Positions 38,031 through 47,826 of a stretch of 64,000 nucleotides of DNA are shown here, one piece after another (within the stretch, counting starts at the first letter, position 1; every line of letters starts with the position of its first letter). Origin of the DNA: an uncultured Bdellovibrionales bacterium. Lineage in GTDB: Bacteria > Patescibacteriota > Minisyncoccia > Moranbacterales > UBA9337. The translations under genes were made by a program, and so were the position numbers. The notes under the pieces are model-generated. The model saw nothing but the letters and a program-made list of their open reading frames with translations, was not told the DNA's origin and did not search any database. The stretch spans positions 39,256 through 103,255 of the forward strand of contig CAZSCV010000005.1 of NCBI GenBank assembly GCA_964605525.1, written 5' to 3'.

Positions 38031-39181
38031 AAATCGGCATTGACATTCGAAATATTGGAAAAGGAAGGACCGGCGATGAGGTGGTGTTTTTTAATTTAGT
38101 GAAAAATTTACAAGAGATAGTGCGTGAAGAAAAGCAGGAAGAGGGTGATTTTTTGCTTTTTACGGATATTGCTGATAAAAGTAAGTTGAAAGAAATTGAA
38201 AAGGATTTGGGTATAACGAAAGGTGATGGTTTTAAAATCATCTCACTTCCTTCAAAAAACAAGTTTGTTTGGAATTTCTGGACTTTGCCAAATTATTTGC
38301 GCAAGTATCCTGTTGATATTTTTCATACGCAATATATCACGCCTTTTTTTGTTTCTCGCAAAACGAAGATTGTTACCACGCTTCATGATGTTTCATTTCG
38401 AGTGCACAAAGAGTTTATCAAAAAAACCGATCTCTTTTTTCTGAATATTTTGATTCCGCTCAGTATTCGGCGTGCTGACAAAGTGATTGCAGTTTCCCAG
38501 TTTACAAAAGATGAAATTGTGAAATATTATGCAGTGAATCCGGAAAAAGTGGCGGTTGTACGAAATTCTGTGGCGGATAATTTCAAGAGAAAGCTTTCCA
38601 ATGAAGAACTGGCCGAGGTAAAAAAGAAATATAATTTGCCGGATGAATTTGTTATGTATCTTGGAACCTTGCAACCGCGTAAGAACATTGCGTTGTTAGC
38701 TGAGGCTTATGCGAGAATAAAAAAAGATGTTCCTGGGGTAAAATTGGTTTTGGTAGGAAATCGCAAGTCGCATAATTTCGATCAAAAGATAGACGAAGTT
38801 ATCAAAAAGGAGAAATTACAAGAGGATGTGATTTTCCCCGGGTATGTGGATGAAAAAGATAAGCCGGCAATTTTTCGCTTAGCGAAGATTTTTGCTTTTT
38901 TGTCCTTGTATGAAGGATTCGGAATTCCGATTTTAGAAGCGATGAGTCAGGATGTTCCAGTGCTTGCTTCCGACATTCCGGTTTTGCGGGAAGTCGGAGG
39001 AAATGGATGTAGCTTTGCGCCGGCGGAAAATCTTGATGAAATATCAAAAAAGATGTATAATCTTATTATTGACAATAATTTGAGAGATGAGCTTATTTTG
39101 AGCGGAAAAGGGCAACTGGAAAAATTTTCTTGGATGAAATCGGCTCAAAAAATGCTGGAAATTTATCAAAAATTAATTTAG
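38027..39181 (+). CDS. Glycosyltransferase family 4 (likely start 38027)
   Basis: MKIGIDIR, GTLQPRKN, YEGFGIPILEAM; ATGA overlap. Confidence 0.92.
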   Translation: MKIGIDIRNIGKGRTGDEVVFFNLVKNLQEIVREEKQEEGDFLLFTDIADKSKLKEIEKDLGITKGDGFKIISLPSKNKFVWNFWTLPNYLRKYPVDIFHTQYITPFFVSRKTKIVTTLHDVSFRVHKEFIKKTDLFFLNILIPLSIRRADKVIAVSQFTKDEIVKYYAVNPEKVAVVRNSVADNFKRKLSNEELAEVKKKYNLPDEFVMYLGTLQPRKNIALLAEAYARIKKDVPGVKLVLVGNRKSHNFDQKIDEVIKKEKLQEDVIFPGYVDEKDKPAIFRLAKIFAFLSLYEGFGIPILEAMSQDVPVLASDIPVLREVGGNGCSFAPAENLDEISKKMYNLIIDNNLRDELILSGKGQLEKFSWMKSAQKMLEIYQKLI

Positions 39182-39208
39182 AAATAAGAAACATAATATT
39201 ATAAAAAA

Positions 39209-40432
39209 ATGTGGCCATTTTCAAAAAAGAAACAGGGAGGTAATAATGATTTCGTGTACGATTCTTCAAAAAATAAAAAAATGAAAACCTGGAAAAAAGT
39301 TTCACTTATTCTGGGCGGGCTTTTGGTTTTGGTTTTTGGAGCGATGGCGTGGAAAACTGGAAGCGTTTGGCATAAAGTCGGAAGTGGTGGTATTTTTGAA
39401 AATTTATACAAAGCCTTACCGATCGGAGAAGACAAACTTGAGGGAGAGGCTGATGGAAGGGTTAATATTCTTCTTTTGGGAATGCGCGGAGAAGGTGTGG
39501 AGGGCGGAGGGCTTTTGGCAGATACAATTATGGTTGCCAGTGTTAAACCAGGAAGCGAAGGAGTGGAAAGCAAAGCCTCGCTATTTTCTGTTCCGCGAGA
39601 TTTTTATGTGAAAGTTCCCGGCAAAGATTTTCAAGCAAAAATAAATGCCGTATATGCCAGTGGCGAGGAGCGGGAAAAAGGAGGCGGACTTACTGATATG
39701 AGTACGATTATTGGTGAAATTGTCGGAGTTCCAATTCATTATGCAGTGAGTATTAATTTTGCGGGATTTCAGCAATTGGTGGATAGTTTGGGCGGAGTGG
39801 ATATTCATCTTGATCAGCCATTTAGTGAAACACTGCAATTTAAGGGTCTTGAACAGCGTTGCGATCCAACTACCGTTTTCAATGTCCCGTCTGGAAATTA
39901 TGAAGAAAAATGGATTCAACGAAAGAACGGAACATATTATACTAATCCGAAAAGATATCCTCTTTGCTATGCCAATAACGCTGACAAAGCATCTTTGGAG
40001 TGCGGAGGAGATTTTGAATTGCCTGCCGGAGATATTACTTTAACTGGAGAACAAGCGCTTTGTTATGTAAGATCCCGCGTTACTTCAAGTGATTTTGAAA
40101 GAGCGCGCCGTCAGCAGGAAATACTTCAGAAAATTAAAACCAAAGCTTTGAGCGTAGGAGTTCTTTCTGATTTTGGAACGATAAACAAAATGATGGATAG
40201 TTTGGGAAATAATGTTCGCACTAATATGCAAATGTGGGAAATGAAGAGATTTTTTGAACTATACCAGCAAATGGGAGATGTGAAAATCAGTCAGAAAGTT
40301 TTGGAAAATTCCGAAGAAGGGCTTTTGTACACGCCAACCGGAGATGAATGGAAAAGCGCCGGGTATATCCTTTTTCCAAGAGGCGATAACTACGACAGAA
40401 TAAAAGAAGCGTTTGCGAAAATGCTTGATTAA
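39209..40432 (+). CDS. LCP (LytR-CpsA-Psr) family protein
   Basis: NILLLG, ADTIMV, SVPRD, KINAVY, YVRSR..SSDFERARRQQ. Confidence 0.93.
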   Translation: MWPFSKKKQGGNNDFVYDSSKNKKMKTWKKVSLILGGLLVLVFGAMAWKTGSVWHKVGSGGIFENLYKALPIGEDKLEGEADGRVNILLLGMRGEGVEGGGLLADTIMVASVKPGSEGVESKASLFSVPRDFYVKVPGKDFQAKINAVYASGEEREKGGGLTDMSTIIGEIVGVPIHYAVSINFAGFQQLVDSLGGVDIHLDQPFSETLQFKGLEQRCDPTTVFNVPSGNYEEKWIQRKNGTYYTNPKRYPLCYANNADKASLECGGDFELPAGDITLTGEQALCYVRSRVTSSDFERARRQQEILQKIKTKALSVGVLSDFGTINKMMDSLGNNVRTNMQMWEMKRFFELYQQMGDVKISQKVLENSEEGLLYTPTGDEWKSAGYILFPRGDNYDRIKEAFAKMLD

Positions 40433-40440
40433 AATATCAA

Positions 40441-41709
40441 ATGACTCAAGATAGCCAACAGCCTCAAGAAATGAAAAAAAGCGGAAAAACATTTGGATTG
40501 TACGTCCAAAGTTTTTTCTTTTTCATTTTGTTGATTTTGAGTTTTTGGGTCGGGCTGGAAAAAGGAAGACAGGAAAACCAAGCTAATATTATTTCAAGCG
40601 AGGAGGTTCCGCTGGAAGAATCCATTTTGATTAATAAGGAAAAAGGCGGGAAAACTGTCGATTTCTCCCTATTTTGGAAGGTTTGGGATTTGCTCAAAGA
40701 AAAATATGTTGATACTAAAGATTTGAAAACGCAAGATTTGATTTATGGCGCCATCGAAGGAATGCTTGCGGCGACTGATGATCCATATACGGTGTTTTTT
40801 GATCCGGAAAAAAACAAACAATTCAATGAAGAAATCGAGGGAACGTTTGAGGGAATCGGTGCCGAGCTGGGAATCAGGGACGAAATTTTAACGGTAATCG
40901 CGCCTTTGGAAAATTCTCCGGCGGAAAAAGCCGGACTCAGACCGGGGGATAAAATCATTAAAATTGATGGAGAGGAAACTGATACAATAATCGAAGATGC
41001 AGTTAAGAAAATTCGCGGACCAAAGGGAAGTGAGGTTAAGCTTACGATATTTCGCAGCGGAGCGGAAGAGGAAACAAAAGAAGTTACGGTTATTCGGGAC
41101 ACTATCAGTGTTGATAGTGTTAAATCGGAAGAAAAAGGTAGTGGAATTTTTTATATAAATATAATCCGCTTTGGCGATACGACGATCAAGGAATTTCATG
41201 GTGCGATTAATAAAATCCCAAAGGATACAAAGGGGTTGATTATCGATTTGCGAAACGATCCCGGGGGATATTTGGATGCGGCGGTTGAAATGTCCAGCCG
41301 TGCTTTGCCAAAAGGAAAAACGGTTGTGATTGAGGAAGATTCCCAAGGAAAGCAGAAAAAAATATTCAGTACCGGAGGGGATGTTTTGAGTCAAATTAAT
41401 ACCGTAATTTTGATTAACGAGGGAAGTGCGAGCGCGTCGGAGATTATGGCGGGAGCGCTTCGTGAAAATCGCGATAATGTGACTTTGGTAGGAAAAAAAT
41501 CTTTCGGAAAAGGCTCAGTTCAGGAAGTAGTTTCTCTTCCCGGAAATAGCGCGGTTAAGATCACGGTTGCCAAATGGCTTACGCCCAGCGGAAATCAAAT
41601 CAACAAGGAAGGAATTTCCCCGGATGTCGAAGTAGACCTTACGGAAGATGATTGGAATAACGACCGCGACCCCCAACTGGACAAAGCAATTGAGATTTTG
41701 AAAAATTAA
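40441..41709 (+). CDS. S41 family C-terminal processing peptidase (PDZ)
   Basis: DPYTVF, GIGAE, DLRNDPGG, SASASEI, SFGKGSVQ. Confidence 0.95.
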   Translation: MTQDSQQPQEMKKSGKTFGLYVQSFFFFILLILSFWVGLEKGRQENQANIISSEEVPLEESILINKEKGGKTVDFSLFWKVWDLLKEKYVDTKDLKTQDLIYGAIEGMLAATDDPYTVFFDPEKNKQFNEEIEGTFEGIGAELGIRDEILTVIAPLENSPAEKAGLRPGDKIIKIDGEETDTIIEDAVKKIRGPKGSEVKLTIFRSGAEEETKEVTVIRDTISVDSVKSEEKGSGIFYINIIRFGDTTIKEFHGAINKIPKDTKGLIIDLRNDPGGYLDAAVEMSSRALPKGKTVVIEEDSQGKQKKIFSTGGDVLSQINTVILINEGSASASEIMAGALRENRDNVTLVGKKSFGKGSVQEVVSLPGNSAVKITVAKWLTPSGNQINKEGISPDVEVDLTEDDWNNDRDPQLDKAIEILKN

Positions 41710-41730
41710 TAGACGTACGCAGATGTTTTA

Positions 41731-41768
41731 ATATCAAAAGACGGCTATAATGAGCCGTTTTTTGATAT
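41731..41768 (+). terminator. Intrinsic terminator
   Basis: ATATCAAAAGACGGCT...AGCCGTTTTTTGATAT. Confidence 0.75.
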
Positions 41769-41774
41769 GAGATA

Positions 41775-41879
41775 TTGATTTTATTTTGATTCTATTATAT
41801 CTTTGTCTGATGCTGTTTGACAATTTCATAATTTAAAAACCAAAAAAGATGTTTTTAATTTCAAAACGGAGGAAGTGGT
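41775..41879 (+). promoter_or_regulatory. Promoter, boxA-like motif and strong SD
   Basis: TTGATT-17-TATCTT; TGCTGTTTGACAATTT (41811-41826); GGAGGA (41868-41873). Confidence 0.65.
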
Positions 41880-42527
41880 ATGAAAAAAACAAGTATTATC
41901 GCTGTGTTGTTGATTGCAGTTTTTCTTGGTGGCGGATGTGCTGTCGCGGATGATGCTGTTGTTGAATGGAGTAATCCGGAACAGCCGCAGCCGGAAATAC
42001 TTTTTGACCTCTGGGGGGATGGTGGCGAGAAATATGCCGTCACAATATCAGTGAGAGATATCTTCTTTGATAATCTCTCTGTTGAGGTTGACGGAGAGTT
42101 TGCCATTAGCGGGAAATCCCGCTATCTTTCCGATTTTAGTGTCGTTCTACCTGAGGTTGGGAAGAAGTATGACATCAAAGTCAGACTCTTTGATAAAAAT
42201 CGGAAGGAGATTTTTTCAAGGAGCGAAAAAATCTCAACTCCGCTTGTTGAATTCGAGACATGCTATTGTCTTAAAAAAAATGACCAGATTATGGTCGTTT
42301 GCGAAGGGAATTTAATGGTGGAGGATTATATTTTCCAGAAAATTTCCCTTTTGATGGGGGAAGATGTGAGCAGAGAGCCATTGGTTATTAATAATGGCGG
42401 AAACTTGTTTGTCATTGCGTCTTTTACGAAGGAGGAGTTTAGGAAGATCGGGAGTCTTCCTGTGGTGGTGAATTTCGATGAATTCTCCTCCGAGCCAATG
42501 GTTTTGGAGGATTGCAATAAGAAGTAA
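41880..42527 (+). CDS. Orphan secreted protein or putative lipoprotein
   Basis: MKK, hydrophobic core, then LGGGC lipobox-like motif; beta-rich body. Confidence 0.7.
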   Translation: MKKTSIIAVLLIAVFLGGGCAVADDAVVEWSNPEQPQPEILFDLWGDGGEKYAVTISVRDIFFDNLSVEVDGEFAISGKSRYLSDFSVVLPEVGKKYDIKVRLFDKNRKEIFSRSEKISTPLVEFETCYCLKKNDQIMVVCEGNLMVEDYIFQKISLLMGEDVSREPLVINNGGNLFVIASFTKEEFRKIGSLPVVVNFDEFSSEPMVLEDCNKK

Positions 42528-42549
42528 AAAATTGCAAATAGTTCTTTTT

Positions 42550-42589
42550 AAAAAATCCCGGACACGCACTGCGTGTTCGGGATTTTTTT
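42550..42589. terminator. Bidirectional terminator
   Basis: AAAAAATCCCGGACACGC...GCGTGTTCGGGATTTTTTT between convergent genes. Confidence 0.85.
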
Positions 42590-42610
42590 GTGGTTTTAAA
42601 AAGATAAGAT

Positions 42611-44044
42611 TTATTTTTTCTTTACCTTGAATCCTTCTTTGATGTCTTCAATGAGGTAGCCTTTTTCTTCAATACTTTTGCGGAAGGTGTCGGCTTTTTG
42701 GAAGTCTTTTTCTTTGCGGGCATTTTCCCGGTTTTTTGCCAGCGCCAAAATTTCTTCCGGAATTTCCGCTTGTCCATTAAGATGAAGACCGAAAACGGAA
42801 TTCATTTTTTTCCAAAGGGAAAGTATCTGCCGGGCTTTTTTGGAAGGAATTCTTTGCTGGGAAGTTATTTTGTTTGTAGTGCTAATCAAATCAAAAAGAA
42901 CGCTGAGCGCCAGAGGCGTGTTGAGATCGTCATCCATTGCTTCCCTGAAGCGTTTTTCAAATTCATCCAACTGAATTTTTTCAGAAATTTCAATGTCCAG
43001 ATTCTGCGCCGCCATGATTTCCATATTCAAAACAAAATCGGAAATTTTTTGCAGATTTGATTTGGCTTGCTTCATTGCATCCCAGGTGAAATTCAGATTT
43101 GAGCGATAATGGGAAGAAAGAAGAAGAACGCGAAGCGCCATTGGTTCAAATCCTTTCTCTTTAATATCAACAAGGGTGTAAAAATTTCCTTTGGATTTTG
43201 CCATTTTTTCTCCGTCAACGAGCAAATGGCGGACGTGAATCCAATAATTAACAAATTTTTTCCCAGTATAACACTGAGTTTGGGCAATTTCCGCTTCATG
43301 ATGAGGAAATATATTATCTTCTCCTCCGGTGTGAATGTCGATGGTTTCACCTAGATATTCGGTACTCATTGCGCTACATTCAATGTGCCAGCCGGGATAA
43401 CCGATTGACCAAGGTGATTCCCATTGCATCAGGTGTTTTTCCGGAGCTTTGAGCCAAAGAGCAAAATCCCAAGGATTTTTTTTGTCCGGATGCTCTTCGA
43501 GGCGAGCGCCGATTTTGAGGTTTTCCAAAGTGTTTCCGGAAAGTTTTCCATATTCCGGAAATTTTTCAATATCAAAAAAGACATTCCCATTTTTTTCATA
43601 GGCAAATCCTTTTTCAATTAACCCGCTTATTATTTTTATCATTTGGTCGATATGCGCTGTGGCTCTTGGGAAATAGGTAGCCGGAAGAATGTTCATTTCC
43701 TTTTCCACTTCTTTGAAATTTTCTTCATAAAATCGGGCAATTTCTTTTGGAGATTTTTTTTCTGACAGAGCTTTTTTTACAAGCTTGTCATCTCCGCTGT
43801 CGCCCTGATTGACATCATCTTCCGTGAGATGTCCGACATCTGTGATATTTTTAATCAGACGGACTTCAAAACCAAGAAATTCCAAGTATCTTCGCAAAGT
43901 GTCAGCATTTAAATAGGCGCGGATATTTCCCAAGTGGATGTAGTCATAAACAGTCGGACCGCAAACATACATCCCGACTTTTCCGAGATGCAAGGGTTTG
44001 AATTCTTCTTTTTGTTTTGCAAGGGTGTTGTATAGAGTTAGCAT
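42611..44044 (-). CDS. cysS: Cysteine--tRNA ligase
   Basis: CGPTVY, HLGN, PGWHIECS, HHEAE, KMAKS. Confidence 0.97.
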   Translation of the reverse strand: MLTLYNTLAKQKEEFKPLHLGKVGMYVCGPTVYDYIHLGNIRAYLNADTLRRYLEFLGFEVRLIKNITDVGHLTEDDVNQGDSGDDKLVKKALSEKKSPKEIARFYEENFKEVEKEMNILPATYFPRATAHIDQMIKIISGLIEKGFAYEKNGNVFFDIEKFPEYGKLSGNTLENLKIGARLEEHPDKKNPWDFALWLKAPEKHLMQWESPWSIGYPGWHIECSAMSTEYLGETIDIHTGGEDNIFPHHEAEIAQTQCYTGKKFVNYWIHVRHLLVDGEKMAKSKGNFYTLVDIKEKGFEPMALRVLLLSSHYRSNLNFTWDAMKQAKSNLQKISDFVLNMEIMAAQNLDIEISEKIQLDEFEKRFREAMDDDLNTPLALSVLFDLISTTNKITSQQRIPSKKARQILSLWKKMNSVFGLHLNGQAEIPEEILALAKNRENARKEKDFQKADTFRKSIEEKGYLIEDIKEGFKVKKK

Positions 44045-44103
44045 TTGTTTGATTTTAAAAAATAATAGGAGATTTGCATATTCAGATTTATGATATGTTC
44101 TTC

Positions 44104-44245
44104 AAAAAATAATGAATTTTTCTTTTTCCAGTTGTCCCTTTTGGTTGGTTTATTTTTTCTTTTCTGGTATTCGGTTGGCTCGTGCGTGAAGTTTTTGCTG
44201 TATACGCACAAAGACAAGAGTAAAAAGAAAAATTCATTATTTTTT
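44104..44245. other. 24-bp perfect inverted repeat enclosing a structured core of about 94 nt (candidate ncRNA or MITE)
   Basis: AAAAAATAATGAATTTTTCTTTTT (44104-44127) / AAAAAGAAAAATTCATTATTTTTT (44222-44245). Confidence 0.55.
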
Positions 44246-44383
44246 TGGAAAACAGGAGTCTATTTGAATACGCAGGCTGTATAATTATTAAAACAGAACG
44301 ATATTTTTAACTTATTAACATTTGAATTATACACTTTTTTATTTTTGTTGACAAAGTATGTGGGCTAAAATAGTATAAAGAGT

Positions 44384-44641
44384 ATGAAAAAGTTGCTTCT
44401 GTTGTTTATTCGATTTTACCAAAAAACTTTGTCGCTTGACCAGGGTATTTTTAGTTGGATGGTTTCCGAGCAATCTTGTCGTTTTTACCCAACTTGCTCG
44501 GAATATTCTTATCAGGCGATAGATCGCTTTGGAATTACAAGAGGAGGATGGCTGGCAGTCAAAAGAATTTCACGCTGTCATCCATGGAATCCGGGAGGAT
44601 ATGATCCAGTGCCAAAGAAGGAATTAAGAATTAAGCATTAA
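44384..44641 (+). CDS. yidD: Membrane protein insertion efficiency factor YidD
   Basis: [27 protein letters not shown]. Confidence 0.95.
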   Translation: MKKLLLLFIRFYQKTLSLDQGIFSWMVSEQSCRFYPTCSEYSYQAIDRFGITRGGWLAVKRISRCHPWNPGGYDPVPKKELRIKH

Positions 44642-44663
44642 GAAGTAGGAAGTTGGAATTAAG
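44621..44663. repeat. Heptamer tandem repeat (GAATTAA-type)
   Basis: GAATTAA GAATTAA GCATTAA GAAGTAG GAAGTTG GAATTAA. Confidence 0.75.
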
Positions 44664-44722
44664 CGTGGAGTGCGCGCAAGTTGGCGCTTTTTTATTTTCT
44701 CTAAAAATGTTAGAATGAAGTT

Positions 44723-45442
44723 ATGCAGTTTGATATCATTACAATATTTCCGGAGATATTCAACTCGTATTTTTCCGAGTCGATTTTGAAGCGCGCGCAG
44801 AGGGAAAATCTCATTAAAATAAATGTGCATAATTTGCGGGATTATACGACAGACAAACATCGAACAGTTGATGACACGCCATATGGTGGGGGAGCTGGGA
44901 TGGTAATGATGGTGGAGCCGATACTTCTAGCTGTTAGCTCAATAATTTCCAATTTTTCCTCCAAAGGCGGACCAGCCTTGGGCTGGCAATTTCCAATTTC
45001 CAAACAATTTTCAAATTCCAATTCTAAAATTTCCAAACCGAAAAATACGCGCATTATACTGTTTTCTGCCAAAGGAAAAAGGTATACTCAACAAGATGCA
45101 ATCAGATTATCCCAATATAAAAATATCATAATGATTTGCGGGCGGTATGAAGGAGTTGATGAAAGAGTGGCGGAGCATATTGCGGACGAAGAAATATCGA
45201 TCGGGGATTATGTTTTGACTGGCGGGGAAATTCCGGCAATGGTTATCGTTGATAGCGTGTCGCGATTGTTGCCGGGAGTGCTTGGGAATAAAGAAAGTAC
45301 CAAAAAAGAATCACACAATGAACCTGGAGATCTTGAGCACCCTCAATACACGAAACCGGAAAAGTTCAACGATTGGAAAGTTCCGGAAGTTTTGCTCGGA
45401 GGAAATCACGCTGAAATTGAAAAATGGAGAAATGAAAAATAA
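44723..45442 (+). CDS. trmD: tRNA (guanine37-N1)-methyltransferase with a repeat-derived insertion
   Basis: VDDTPYGGGAGM, CGRYEGVDER, SIGDYVLTGGE, PQYTKP. Confidence 0.97.
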   Translation: MQFDIITIFPEIFNSYFSESILKRAQRENLIKINVHNLRDYTTDKHRTVDDTPYGGGAGMVMMVEPILLAVSSIISNFSSKGGPALGWQFPISKQFSNSNSKISKPKNTRIILFSAKGKRYTQQDAIRLSQYKNIIMICGRYEGVDERVAEHIADEEISIGDYVLTGGEIPAMVIVDSVSRLLPGVLGNKESTKKESHNEPGDLEHPQYTKPEKFNDWKVPEVLLGGNHAEIEKWRNEK

Positions 45443-46523
45443 AAACATAGATAAAAAATTATTATTTACGGTTATCGCTTTGTCGATTTTCGGATTAGTT
45501 ATGATTGCCAGCGCCGGAGTGATTTATTCAAAAACTCGGTTTGGAGATCCGAATTATTTTTTCAAGCACCAGCTTTTGTACGGTTTCCTTCCGGGGTTGT
45601 TTGTCATGTATTTTTTTCAAAAAATTGATTATCATTTTTGGAAAAAAATGGCTTTTCCTGCGATTGTTGGGGCGTTGATTGCTTTGGTGCTGGTTTTTGT
45701 GCCGGGGATAGGCTCGAGAGTATATGGAGCTAATCGTTGGATTGGACTGGGGCCGATTTCTTTTCAGCCGTCTGAAATGGCAAAAATATCGATTATTATT
45801 TATTTGGCGGCTTGGTTGGAAAGCAAGGGAAAACAGAGAATAAAAGATATTTATGAAGGGTTGTTTCCCTTTTTGGGTATTTTGGGAATAATCGGCTTTT
45901 TAATTATTAAACAGCCAGACACGGGAACGATGGGGGCGATAATTTTAATTGCAATGTCGATTTTCTTTGTTTCCGGGGCTAGAATTTCCCATATTTTCGG
46001 ATTGATAATTGCCGGGTTGACAGGGCTTATGATTCTGATAAAAATTGAGCCCTACCGAATGAATCGTTTTTTGACGTTTATGAATCCGGAAGCGGATCCT
46101 CAAGGAATTGGTTATCAAATCAATCAAGCGCTTTTGGCAATAGGATCCGGAGGAATTTTCGGTCTCGGCTTGGGGCATAGCCGGCAAAAATTCAATTATT
46201 TGCCGGAACCGATTGGAGATTCAATTTTTGCAATTATCGGGGAAGAACTTGGATTGGTTGGCGCAGTTACATTGGTGTTGCTTTTTTCTATGCTGGCTTT
46301 CCGCGGCTATAAAATTGCCAAAAATGCTCCGGATGAATTTGGAAAATTGATGGCAGTGGGGATTACTTCATGGATTGCTTTCCAGGCATTTATTAACATT
46401 GCGGCAATTTCTGGTATAATTCCATTGACGGGAATTACTTTGCCGTTTGTGAGCTACGGAGGAACATCATTGATATTTTTGATGTCAGGAGCTGGAATTT
46501 TATTAAATATTTCTAAACATTAG
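45432..46523 (+). CDS. ftsW: Cell division protein FtsW (SEDS; likely start 45432)
   Basis: GANRWI, QPSEMAK, QPDTG, GYQINQ, YLPEP, LPFVSYGGTS; upstream of murG. Confidence 0.92.
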   Translation: MKNKNIDKKLLFTVIALSIFGLVMIASAGVIYSKTRFGDPNYFFKHQLLYGFLPGLFVMYFFQKIDYHFWKKMAFPAIVGALIALVLVFVPGIGSRVYGANRWIGLGPISFQPSEMAKISIIIYLAAWLESKGKQRIKDIYEGLFPFLGILGIIGFLIIKQPDTGTMGAIILIAMSIFFVSGARISHIFGLIIAGLTGLMILIKIEPYRMNRFLTFMNPEADPQGIGYQINQALLAIGSGGIFGLGLGHSRQKFNYLPEPIGDSIFAIIGEELGLVGAVTLVLLFSMLAFRGYKIAKNAPDEFGKLMAVGITSWIAFQAFINIAAISGIIPLTGITLPFVSYGGTSLIFLMSGAGILLNISKH

Positions 46524-46597
46524 ATCGTAGGATTTAGGTGGTAGCTTTTTAGAAAGAATCTAAAAAGTTAAGTAGCTAATTTCTAAAAAGTTTAATT

Positions 46598-47713
46598 ATG
46601 AAAATCGTATTAGCAGGCGGCGGAACCGGAGGGCATATTTTTCCTCTTGTGGCGGTCGCTAGAAAATTAAAAGAAAAACACGCATTGGGAATAGATTTGC
46701 TTTTTATCGGACCGAACGGAAAACTGGAAAAAGAAGTGATGATGGAAGAGGGAATTCGCGCAAAAAGTGTTTTAAGTGGAAAGGTCAGGCGATATTTTTC
46801 TTTTTTGAATTTTATCGATTTTTTTAAGGTTCCTTTCGGTTTTCTGAAAGCGCTTTGGATTTTGCTTTGGGAAATGCCCGATGCGGTTTTTTCCAAGGGA
46901 GGTTACGCATCTGTTCCTGTTGTTCTGGCCGCGTGGGTATACCGTATTCCGGTTTTAATACATGAATCGGATGCAGTACCAGGAATTGCCAATAGGTTTT
47001 TGGAAAAATTTTCCAAGCGAGTCGCTATTTCATATCCGACGGCTGAAAAGTTTTTTATGTCTTCTAAAATTTTGCTTACCGGAAATCCAATTCGCGAAGG
47101 AATGAATCAAGGGAATAAAGAAGCGGCGCGGGAGAAATATAATATGGGACAATCAAAGCCAACTTTATTGGTATTAGGGGGAAGCCAGGGATCTCAGGCG
47201 GTGAACCGTGCAATCGTGGAGGCGCTCCCGGATATTTTGCAAACAGTTCAAATAATTCATCAAACCGGGCAGGAAAATTTTGAAGAGGTTGTGCATTCTG
47301 CGGCCAAGAAAGGAATTAAAAACGGAAGAGATGGATATTTCGCAATTCCTTTTTTGAATTTCGAAGATATGCGCAATTGCTTGGCGTTGGCAGATGTGGC
47401 GGTGAGCCGCGCCGGAGCCAATTCAATTGCCGAACTGGCGGCAAATGGAATCCCACCTGTCTTAATTCCCCTGGCAACTGCTGCCAATGACCATCAAAGA
47501 ATGAATGCTTTCCGCTTGGCGGAAATCGGAGGCGCAATAATGCTGGAAGAATCAAATTTGGGAAAACATATTCTTATTGAAAAAGTTCAATCGATTTTAT
47601 CCAGCGAAGAATCATATCGGAAAATGGCGGAAAAAATTCAAACATTCTATCATCCGGACGCTGCGGAAAAAATCATTGAAGGATTGGAAGGAATGATAAT
47701 GTATGAAGAATAG
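46598..47713 (+). CDS. murG: MurG glycosyltransferase
   Basis: GGGTGGHIFP, HESD, GNPIR, GGSQG, SRAG, HQRMNA. Confidence 0.96.
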   Translation: MKIVLAGGGTGGHIFPLVAVARKLKEKHALGIDLLFIGPNGKLEKEVMMEEGIRAKSVLSGKVRRYFSFLNFIDFFKVPFGFLKALWILLWEMPDAVFSKGGYASVPVVLAAWVYRIPVLIHESDAVPGIANRFLEKFSKRVAISYPTAEKFFMSSKILLTGNPIREGMNQGNKEAAREKYNMGQSKPTLLVLGGSQGSQAVNRAIVEALPDILQTVQIIHQTGQENFEEVVHSAAKKGIKNGRDGYFAIPFLNFEDMRNCLALADVAVSRAGANSIAELAANGIPPVLIPLATAANDHQRMNAFRLAEIGGAIMLEESNLGKHILIEKVQSILSSEESYRKMAEKIQTFYHPDAAEKIIEGLEGMIMYEE

Positions 47714-47796
47714 AACATAGAACATATGAAGTATGGAACATTAGAGCATGGAGTATGGAGCGTAAAGTGAAATTACGTCTTACGTCTTACGTCTTA
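47711..47796. repeat. Heptamer tandem repeats
   Basis: TAGAACA/TGGAGTA-type units, then TTACGTC x3 (47773-47793). Confidence 0.75.
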
Positions 47797-47826
47797 AAAA
47801 ATATTATTAATTTTTTTTAAAAAAAT

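Noticed and set aside
44045-44300. T-box riboswitch upstream of cysS
   Set aside because: No GGTGGNACCGCG T-box sequence on the minus strand.
45424-45434. GGAG before ftsW as an exception to the no-SD rule for core genes
   Set aside because: It is only 2 nt from the ATG and is part of the overlapping trmD coding end.
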